DNA of 64,000 nucleotides, taken from contig JAERTI010000055.1 in the NCBI GenBank assembly GCA_016844925.1, forward strand, positions 65,459-129,458, read 5' to 3'. The notes under the pieces are model-generated. The model made no database searches. It was given only the letters and a program-made list of their open reading frames with translations, and was not told the origin of the DNA. This document shows, one piece after another, positions 12,028 to 19,266 of the stretch. Each line of letters starts with the position of its first letter. Within the stretch, counting starts at the first letter, position 1. Position numbers and translations under genes: made by a program. The stretch comes from Candidatus Uhrbacteria bacterium (lineage in GTDB: Bacteria > Patescibacteriota > Patescibacteriia > UBA9934 > GWF2-40-263).

Positions 12028-12483
12028 ATGATTTCCTTGCTCCTTGTCCTGTCCATCGCCCACGCCCAGGCGCCTGCGTGCTCGCAGACTGTCTACCTGG
12101 ATGTGCTGCGCGACGGCGAGATGACGTTCCAGTCCAGCCTCGCCGTCGACCGATGGCAACCCACACTCCCATCCATGAACCCCCATGGCCTGACCGTCGG
12201 TCTGGATGAGGGGGATCTGTGCGTAGTGTTCATCGGTGCCCCGGCGGCACCGGACCGTGTGGTGATCATGAGGGAGAACGGGAAGCCGCACGCGCTCCCA
12301 CCGGGGATGCCGGCCTTCACCCTGCGTGGTTCCGTCGAAGCACTGGAGGCCATCGAGCTGCACCTGGCAGACCGAGAGATCCTGACCCCCTTCGACCGCG
12401 GTAGTGTCCGCTACGTGGACATCCAGTACTCCGTGCTGGAAACTCGCCGCTACACCCCCTTCGTGGCTGTCGCCACCCCCTAG
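12028..12483 (+). CDS. Hypothetical secreted protein inside the array locus
   Basis: AGGAGGAG SD; signal-peptide-like MISLLLVLSIAHAQA; high-GC codons. Confidence 0.75.
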   Translation: MISLLLVLSIAHAQAPACSQTVYLDVLRDGEMTFQSSLAVDRWQPTLPSMNPHGLTVGLDEGDLCVVFIGAPAAPDRVVIMRENGKPHALPPGMPAFTLRGSVEALEAIELHLADREILTPFDRGSVRYVDIQYSVLETRRYTPFVAVATP

Positions 12484-12629
12484 CCGAGCGGACCGGTTCG
12501 TGGAAACGTAATGGCCTCTGCTCAGCCCCCTGCTCAACGCGGCGCCATGTGCCCAAAGCGAGAAGAAGAATGTTGAGCCCCCTGAGTGACGAGGCGTGAC
12601 GTGTTAAAACGTGCGTTCACATGTTGCTC
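12483..12629 (+). repeat. Guide-RNA-like stem-loop array 3 (3 units)
   Basis: Same architecture; stems GCCGAG/CTCAGC, GCTCAA/TTGAGC and GAGTGA/TTGCTC. Confidence 0.85.
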
Positions 12630-12630
12630 C

Positions 12631-12658
12631 CCACCCTCACAAGGGTGGTTTTCTTTTT
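12631..12658 (+). terminator. Intrinsic terminator ending array 3
   Basis: CCACCCTCACAAGGGTGG, identical to the array-2 terminator, plus T-tract. Confidence 0.85.
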
Positions 12659-12746
12659 CCCCATCTCCCTTGCCAAAAAGACCGATCTGCGCTATATTCT
12701 TCGCAGACGGCCCCCAACAGGGGTTTTTAAAATACTTTATTGTTGT

Positions 12747-12971
12747 ATGGCATCTACCTCACACAAAAAGGAAAATCCGATTCAGTGGCTTGTTCGCTAC
12801 GTAAAAGAGTCCCGATCGGAAATGTTGAAGGTCACATGGCCCAGCAAACAGGAGACTATTAAGTACTCCATCATTACCATCGCTCTCTCTTTGGCCATCG
12901 CCGCCTTCTTTGGTGGACTCGACTGGCTTCTAAATAAGGGCCTTGAATGGCTCGTGTTCTTTACTGCCTAA
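12747..12971 (+). CDS. secE: Preprotein translocase subunit SecE
   Basis: EMLKVTWPS plus one TM; upstream of nusG. Confidence 0.92.
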   Translation: MASTSHKKENPIQWLVRYVKESRSEMLKVTWPSKQETIKYSIITIALSLAIAAFFGGLDWLLNKGLEWLVFFTA

Positions 12972-12975
12972 CACT

Positions 12976-13521
12976 ATGGCTAAGCAAACCGCGAAATTTG
13001 GACGGCGCTGGTTCGCCATCCACACCTACTCCGGGTACGAGGAGAACGTTGCAGAAAACCTGCAGCAGCGTATTGAAACCATGGACATGGAGAATAAAAT
13101 CTTCAACGTCTTGGTGCCAAAGGAAAAGAAAATAAAAATCAAGAACGGAAAGCGCAAGACCGTGGAGGAGAAAATCTTCCCTGGATACGTGCTCGTTGAG
13201 ATGGTTGTAACCGATGATTCTTGGTACGTGGTGCGTAACACACCAAACGTGACAGGATTTATTGGAACCGGTACCACCCCTACCCCTATTGCTGAGGCTG
13301 AGATCGAGGCGCTCCAGAAGCGCATGGGTGTAGACGAACCGGAATACAAGCTAGACGTAGAGAAGGGCACCCCTGTGAAGATCACCGATGGCCCCTTCAA
13401 AGACCAAGAAGGAAAGGTCAGCGAAATCGACGAAGAGCGCGGAAAGATCAAGGTGCTCGTCTCCATGTTTGGACGAGAGACCCCTGTGGAGCTCGACTTC
13501 TTGCAAATTAAGAAGATCTAG
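12976..13521 (+). CDS. nusG: Transcription factor NusG
   Basis: HTYSGYE, IFPGYVLV, VRNTPNVTGF and KOW (MFGRETPVEL) motifs. Confidence 0.97.
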   Translation: MAKQTAKFGRRWFAIHTYSGYEENVAENLQQRIETMDMENKIFNVLVPKEKKIKIKNGKRKTVEEKIFPGYVLVEMVVTDDSWYVVRNTPNVTGFIGTGTTPTPIAEAEIEALQKRMGVDEPEYKLDVEKGTPVKITDGPFKDQEGKVSEIDEERGKIKVLVSMFGRETPVELDFLQIKKI

Positions 13522-13598
13522 GGTAAATAAAGCCCGCTTAAACGCATTAATCCTTAGCCGAGGTTGCCCGTAAAACCGGGAATCCTCTACCAAATACT

Positions 13599-14024
13599 AT
13601 GGCGAAGAAACTCGTTACGCAGGTAAAACTTCAGTGCCCAGGTGGTGCTGCAACTCCTGCCCCACCAATCGGACCAGCTCTTGGTCAGCACGGACTCCCA
13701 ATCGGAGACTTTGTGACTCGTTTTAACAACGAAACACAAGACCGTCGTGGAGAGATCGTTCCAGTCATCATTAACGTGTATGACGACCGAACCTTCGACT
13801 TCATCACCAAGACCGCTCCTGCCTCTGCCATGATTAAGGCAGCAGCAAAGATCAAAAAGGGTTCAGGAAACCCTCTTACCACCAAGGTTGGCTCTATCTC
13901 TAAGGCTCAGCTCCAGGAGATCGCCGAGAAGAAGATGCCAGACCTCAACACCAACGACGTCGAGCAGGCCATGAAGATCGTGGCTGGAACATGCCGACAG
14001 ATGGGCGTTGAAATCAAAGGTTAA
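13599..14024 (+). CDS. rplK: 50S ribosomal protein L11
   Basis: [15 protein letters not shown] motif. Confidence 0.97.
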   Translation: MAKKLVTQVKLQCPGGAATPAPPIGPALGQHGLPIGDFVTRFNNETQDRRGEIVPVIINVYDDRTFDFITKTAPASAMIKAAAKIKKGSGNPLTTKVGSISKAQLQEIAEKKMPDLNTNDVEQAMKIVAGTCRQMGVEIKG

Positions 14025-14036
14025 TAATTATTGAAC

Positions 14037-14069
14037 TGTGGGAGGCTCACTAGAGCTGCCCGAACCACA
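14037..14069 (+). promoter_or_regulatory. Ribosomal protein L1 autogenous binding leader
   Basis: TGTGG-GAG-GCTC..GAGC-TGCCCGAA-CCACA hairpin with an asymmetric loop, just before rplA. Confidence 0.65.
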
Positions 14070-14074
14070 TCATT

Positions 14075-14758
14075 ATGCCAAGCAAACGTTTTGAAGAGGT
14101 CACCAAGTTGGTCGACAAAGACAAGACTTACTCCATCGCTGAAGGTATCGCCCTTTGTAAAAAGGCTGCCACAGCAAAGTACGACGAAGCCATCGAGCTT
14201 CACGTGCGTCTGGGAGTCGACCCAATGAAGTCTGACCAGCAGGTCCGCGGAACCATCGCTCTTCCACACGGCACAGGAAAGACCAAGCGCGTTGCTGCGT
14301 TTGTGCAGGGTGAGAAAGAGGCGGAGGCTAAGGAAGCTGGTGCTGACATCGTCGGTGGTGAAGAGCTCATCGCTGAGATTGCTCAGAAAGGAAACATCGA
14401 CTTCGACGTCGCTGTTGCCACTCCAGCCATGATGCCAAAGATCGCCAAGCTGGCTCGCCTGCTTGGACCTCGTGGCCTCATGCCAAACCCAAAGACTGAC
14501 ACAGTTGGACCAAACGTAAAGAAGATGGTTACCGAGCAGAAGGCTGGTAAAGAGAGTTTCAAGAATGACAAGGCTGGAAACATTCACCAGATCTTCGGCC
14601 GCGCTTCCTTTACAGAAGCCCAGCTCGAAGAGAACTTCCGCGCGCTCATGGAGATCATCAAGCGCTTGAAGCCACAGGCTTCAAAGGGAATCTACATTAA
14701 GAACGCAAGCATCTGTTCAACCGTAGGCCCTGGAATCAAAATCGATACAGCGAGCTAA
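14075..14758 (+). CDS. rplA: 50S ribosomal protein L1
   Basis: DQQVRG, LPHGTGK and [11 protein letters not shown] motifs. Confidence 0.97.
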   Translation: MPSKRFEEVTKLVDKDKTYSIAEGIALCKKAATAKYDEAIELHVRLGVDPMKSDQQVRGTIALPHGTGKTKRVAAFVQGEKEAEAKEAGADIVGGEELIAEIAQKGNIDFDVAVATPAMMPKIAKLARLLGPRGLMPNPKTDTVGPNVKKMVTEQKAGKESFKNDKAGNIHQIFGRASFTEAQLEENFRALMEIIKRLKPQASKGIYIKNASICSTVGPGIKIDTAS

Positions 14759-14857
14759 TCGAAGCAATACAAAACACCCCTCATGAGGGGTGTTTTTGGT
14801 TGACAATCTTACAAATCTCCCCTACCCTCGATCCGTCACACCAGACAGGAGGGAGAC

Positions 14858-15331
14858 ATGATCGACCTGACCCAACCGCCGCCGAGGCGGTGGATCGAGG
14901 AGCATGTGAAGGGCGCGCAGCCCGGAATGAGTGACGAAGAGCTCGCAAGGCACATCCTGAGCGACCAGAAGTACTTCATGGCCGGCACCGAGAACTTCCC
15001 CACCCAGGAAGATCCGGACAATCGCCGTCCCAATGACTCTCTGCGCTACGCCACCGGTGGATGGGCCTGCTGCGTGATGAACCTCGAGGAGGACGCCGCA
15101 GACCTCATGAGCGTCATCCGTCGAATGACCTCCATCATGCTCGAGAGCGGTCAGACCAACACCGTTCCGCCCGCCAGCTTCCTGGTCTACACCTACATCT
15201 GCCTGCGCCACGGTCTGGCCGTGCACGCACGCAACGGCCTGGAGCTGCTCAAGATGCACGTACGACTCCGCCGCAGCGACCACGAGGACATCCAGATGCT
15301 CGAGGCCAAGCTCGCTGAGGCTGCCGCCTAG
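14858..15331 (+). CDS. High-GC orphan protein
   Basis: TTGACA(14800)-17-TACCCT; AGGAGG SD; terminator near 15345-15370. Confidence 0.75.
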   Translation: MIDLTQPPPRRWIEEHVKGAQPGMSDEELARHILSDQKYFMAGTENFPTQEDPDNRRPNDSLRYATGGWACCVMNLEEDAADLMSVIRRMTSIMLESGQTNTVPPASFLVYTYICLRHGLAVHARNGLELLKMHVRLRRSDHEDIQMLEAKLAEAAA

Positions 15332-15389
15332 ACATCTACGCCACGACCCTTCTCAGGGTCTTTTCTTTTTCTCCTGAGCATGGCAACCT

Positions 15390-16055
15390 ATGGCCACTAT
15401 GTCCGTACTTACACGACCAGAAATCCTCGATCGCATTGGCACCGGAGACCTCGCCTTCTCCCCCACCCTGGATCGTTTCCAGCTCCAGCCGCACGCCGTA
15501 GATCTACGCCTTGGCTACAAGTTCCTCATCCCCCGCAACTGGACCGTCGATGAAAAAGGCCGACGTGCCATCAAAGTAGCTATCGACGACGTGGAAGCAC
15601 ACCGCGAGCAATTCGACGAAGTACATCTCCAGCCTGGCCAATACTTTGACCTGCTCCCTAATGAGTTCGTCATCGGCACCAGCCTAGAGCGCATCGAGAT
15701 GAACGCCATGGATCTCATGGCCATTCTCTTCCCCCGCACCAGCACCAACCGCCGCGGGATCAACCTTTCCCTCTCAGGCATCATCGACACTGGCTATAAA
15801 GGCAACCTTATCTTCCCCATGAAGAACGAGGCAGGCGACCAGGTGATCCGCGTGTACCCAGGAGAGCGTGTGTGCCAGGTCATGTTCCAGAAACTCTCAG
15901 CGACGCTGACCCCCGAAGAGGCTAATCTACACGGCGTCTCAGCTGCAAAATACACAGAATCAGGCTCACAAGAGTTTAAGCTCGATAAGGACGAAGAACG
16001 AGAAAGGCTTATCAGCGGCAAGCTCGACGACCTTAAGAAAACCTTTGGAATCTAG
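15390..16055 (+). CDS. dcd: dCTP deaminase
   Basis: QPHAVDLRLG, IIDTGYKG and YPGERVCQ motifs. Confidence 0.9.
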   Translation: MATMSVLTRPEILDRIGTGDLAFSPTLDRFQLQPHAVDLRLGYKFLIPRNWTVDEKGRRAIKVAIDDVEAHREQFDEVHLQPGQYFDLLPNEFVIGTSLERIEMNAMDLMAILFPRTSTNRRGINLSLSGIIDTGYKGNLIFPMKNEAGDQVIRVYPGERVCQVMFQKLSATLTPEEANLHGVSAAKYTESGSQEFKLDKDEERERLISGKLDDLKKTFGI

Positions 16056-16146
16056 ATAAAATCACCCAGCGGGCGTTGACAAAACGCCCGTTTTGTTCTA
16101 TCTTGCTTGGTCCGCAAGTTCCTTCACCCCTTCACCAGGAGACCCC

Positions 16147-16773
16147 ATGAACGAGGACATGGACCCCCGGACGCTCCCGTTCCGGCGCTACGCTCACCCC
16201 TTCGACCGTCCGGTCAAGATCAAGAGCAAGACCCGCGGCGTGAACCCGGGCAGGCAGTACATCGGCGGCTACGGTGGCATCGGCTGGGAGGAAGCCTTCC
16301 GCTGCCACAAGGACGGCCAGGTCTACCTGGTCAGCTGCTCGGACGGTGTCGAGAACGGCAAGAGCTCCCACAGCAACCGCGACCTGAAGTGGATGGAGAC
16401 GATGCGGGACCGCATCGTCGCCCGCACCAAGACCGCGCGCCGGGGCCCCATCAAGCTCGCCAAGGACGAGTGGGCCATCATGCTCCACTTCGTCTTCACC
16501 GGCTGGCTCGACCCGCTCCCCGGTGAGAAGCACAAGACCGTCGGCGACACCAACCGGCACCTCAACGAGGGGCAGATCGGTACCATCGGTGGCATCGCGG
16601 TCATCATCGACCCGAACCTGGAGCGTCGCCTGCCCGAGATCGGCGACTTCCGCGAGGACCCGCTGGAGCAGCGCCTCGCCCCCAAGCGCAAGCCGAGGAC
16701 CGAGGTTCGCGGCCCGAGCAAGTTCGGCGGCCTCTTCGCTGCCGCCTTCGAGAAGGCCGGCATCTCGGCCTAG
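16147..16773 (+). CDS. High-GC orphan protein
   Basis: TTGACA(16076)-17-TATCTT; AGGAG SD before ATG 16147. Confidence 0.75.
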   Translation: MNEDMDPRTLPFRRYAHPFDRPVKIKSKTRGVNPGRQYIGGYGGIGWEEAFRCHKDGQVYLVSCSDGVENGKSSHSNRDLKWMETMRDRIVARTKTARRGPIKLAKDEWAIMLHFVFTGWLDPLPGEKHKTVGDTNRHLNEGQIGTIGGIAVIIDPNLERRLPEIGDFREDPLEQRLAPKRKPRTEVRGPSKFGGLFAAAFEKAGISA

Positions 16774-16920
16774 GCCACACGCACGACCCCCGTCGTGACA
16801 GAGTACCCCCCGTACCTGTTGCGGCGGGGTATTCTGTTTCCCCCTACAAACCCTTGACAAATCCCCCTTGAGCCCCTATGGTGCTCGGTCCGATTCTGGA
16901 CCCGCTCCAAGGAGCATGCC

Positions 16921-17580
16921 ATGATGGCTCTTGTCACTGCCTCGGCCGAAACCGCAGGCGATCACCCCAACACCGGAAAGGTCGTGCGGCTGAGCACGAG
17001 GAGGATCATGCGACCTGTTCGCCAACCCATCGTGAGCCCCCTGACCCTGCTCAACACCGGGGATGGCACGCGCGGCAACGTCGTCCTGGACCCGGCACAG
17101 TGCACCGGTGAGGTGCCCACCAGTCCCACGTCCACGCTCATCCGCCTGCGGATGATCGACGGTCACCCGACCTTCGCGCTGATCGGCGACGACGAACTGT
17201 CGGGCCTGTGGTACACCTGGTTCATCCACCACGTTCACATCCACGTGAGCATCACCATCACCCCCACGGTGATCAGCGACGGCAACGTCGAGCTCTCGCT
17301 GGTGGTCAGCAAGCCCAAGGGCTGGAGTGGTCCTCGCATGGGCCGCGAGATCATCAACTACGTGCTGGACCAGATGACGGGCGCGCAACCCGAGAGCAGT
17401 CCCGTCTTCCTCGGTGAAGACGACCTGGACACCGAGGCCGAAGACGACGAGGACGAGATCTCCGTGATCCACGCCTGCCCCATCGACGACGACCTCGCCA
17501 CCATCCCGCCCGGCGCCCTCGAGCGCCTGGACGAAGACGAGAAGCCTGGCCCTGCCACGGTGATCGTCATCGAAGACTGA
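16921..17580 (+). CDS. High-GC orphan protein with acidic tail
   Basis: TTGACA(16854)-17-TATGGT; AAGGAG SD; terminator downstream. Confidence 0.72.
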   Translation: MMALVTASAETAGDHPNTGKVVRLSTRRIMRPVRQPIVSPLTLLNTGDGTRGNVVLDPAQCTGEVPTSPTSTLIRLRMIDGHPTFALIGDDELSGLWYTWFIHHVHIHVSITITPTVISDGNVELSLVVSKPKGWSGPRMGREIINYVLDQMTGAQPESSPVFLGEDDLDTEAEDDEDEISVIHACPIDDDLATIPPGALERLDEDEKPGPATVIVIED

Positions 17581-17655
17581 GCCCTACAGGCTCCGCCCGC
17601 CATCCCGGTGGGCATTTTTGTTTGTTAAAAAAACAGGGCTAAGCCCTGTTTTAAT

Positions 17656-18573
17656 CTACAATTGCTTCAATACATTCTTTAGTTGCCGACACGCATCCTC
17701 CACCCCATCGTACTGCACGTGATACACCACAGATGGATTCCCCAAGGCAAACCGCGATACCCTTGCCCCCTTCTTTGAAACCAGCACCACAGGCGTCCCG
17801 CAGTTATGCGCGGCCACCAGCTCTCCCCCAGTCCCAAGAGACGGGTAGCTCACCTCTGCAATCACCACATCGTTATGTCGACACTCGTTCACATCCACCT
17901 CAAAAACCTCGTGAACATTCCCGCCTTCCATAATCTCATTAAACGTATGGTCTCGATGCGGAATACAGGTACGCACCCCCATGGTCTCACATACCTCTCC
18001 TAATGATTCGTACAAACGACATTGCCCATCAAAGTCTTCTACGTTCGTCAGGGCTCCAGCAATGTACGCGCTCTTCACCGTTGGCGTGAGCGTCTGGGCA
18101 AATACATTCTCTCGACTAAATCGCTCATGAGCATCTTCTGTCACGTACAAATCCCTCACACCGCCATCGATCAAACTCTTCCAGCACGGCTCACACGCCC
18201 ACCAGTGCCCGTACATGTACACATCAGCGCCTGTCGGATCGATCCCCGCGTCCGCTGCCGCCTTCATGAGCATGGGCTCAGCGTGACCTGGTGAATTGTG
18301 CAGATCGCACAGATCGTACCCTGTTCCCGATGGACACTCTTGAACCACACGTGGGCACACATGAATCTGCCCAGGCCCACGACTGTAACCATTTCCTGAA
18401 CGCGCGATGACCTCCCCATCTTTCACAAGCGCGGCCCCCACGGGAAACAATGGATCCCCAGCACACTCTTTACGCGCCTGCGCAGCTGCCTGCATAAACA
18501 TGTGGTCATGCGGGACATACTTGAGATGTCGATCCTCTGGCATGTAGGGATAACTAATGTTGGGTGAGCTCAT
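17656..18573 (-). CDS. Fusion of a dCMP/cytidine-deaminase-like domain and a nucleoside 2-deoxyribosyltransferase/DNPH1-like domain
   Basis: HAE...CEPC zinc motif; C-terminal AYIAGAL...D...SLGTGGE. Confidence 0.82.
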   Translation of the reverse strand: MSSPNISYPYMPEDRHLKYVPHDHMFMQAAAQARKECAGDPLFPVGAALVKDGEVIARSGNGYSRGPGQIHVCPRVVQECPSGTGYDLCDLHNSPGHAEPMLMKAAADAGIDPTGADVYMYGHWWACEPCWKSLIDGGVRDLYVTEDAHERFSRENVFAQTLTPTVKSAYIAGALTNVEDFDGQCRLYESLGEVCETMGVRTCIPHRDHTFNEIMEGGNVHEVFEVDVNECRHNDVVIAEVSYPSLGTGGELVAAHNCGTPVVLVSKKGARVSRFALGNPSVVYHVQYDGVEDACRQLKNVLKQL

Positions 18574-18609
18574 AATGACTGTTATACTTATCAAAACTAC
18601 AACAACTCT

Positions 18610-18939
18610 ATGACAGAACAAGACACGCAGCAAGACGAAGCTTATATGCGCTCCATGGGCGAGCGTTTGGCACTCCTTCTAGCCGCCGCTGACATGCCCG
18701 ACGACGTAAAGGAAGCCTTTGCTGCCATGATCCCACAGATGAATGCCGAGCAACTCGGGAAGCTCATGAAGGGCCTGGAGGCACGCATCCCAAGTGGAGA
18801 GGATCAGGAAGCCGCACGCCTTGCTGAAGCTGTGCAGAAGGTCCAGGAACAGCACGAGACTGCCGTGAAGGCCAGCGAAGAAAAGGCCATGGGGGCCCTC
18901 AACCACATTGAGGATCTGCTCAAAGCTGAGGAGAACTAA
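18610..18939 (+). CDS. Small helical hypothetical protein
   Basis: 109-aa ORF, first of three tightly packed genes. Confidence 0.7.
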   Translation: MTEQDTQQDEAYMRSMGERLALLLAAADMPDDVKEAFAAMIPQMNAEQLGKLMKGLEARIPSGEDQEAARLAEAVQKVQEQHETAVKASEEKAMGALNHIEDLLKAEEN

Positions 18940-18941
18940 GT

Positions 18942-19262
18942 ATGTCATGGGGGCAGCTCGTACAATTGCTGCAGGAGGCACCGCTGGATAAAGAGGTCAA
19001 ACTTATGGCCATCGATGCACTCTCGCTGACACAAGATGAAACGATCAAAAACGAATTGATCAAGCTTTTGCTTGAATGGCAGGCCAGCGATAAGCAGGCA
19101 ACGAAGGCCTTTGAGCAGCAGCTTGCAGGGATCATCTCAGAAGCAGATCAGGTCGCAGAGGTTCTGCAACAACGCCAAATCTCATCACAGACCGCTCTGG
19201 CAGATGAAGTCGGTCGCGAGGCAGCTATTGAAAACATCAAACAACACATTGCAACCCTCTAA
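18942..19262 (+). CDS. Small helical hypothetical protein
   Basis: 106-aa ORF, 2 nt after the previous stop. Confidence 0.7.
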   Translation: MSWGQLVQLLQEAPLDKEVKLMAIDALSLTQDETIKNELIKLLLEWQASDKQATKAFEQQLAGIISEADQVAEVLQQRQISSQTALADEVGREAAIENIKQHIATL

Positions 19263-19266
19263 TCCT

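Noticed and set aside
9441-12629. CRISPR array interpretation of the repeats
   Set aside because: No identical direct repeats, variable segments are only ~10 nt and paired within a hairpin, and there are no cas genes in the window.
14758-14860. Absence of rplJ-rplL-rpoB after rplA
   Set aside because: Ordinary rearrangement; these genes may lie elsewhere in the genome.
17626-17654. Recurrent CAGGG..CCCTG hairpins (also ~9397, ~33078, ~40592) as a mobile repeat
   Set aside because: Short stems with A/T tracts at gene ends, adequately explained as intrinsic terminators.
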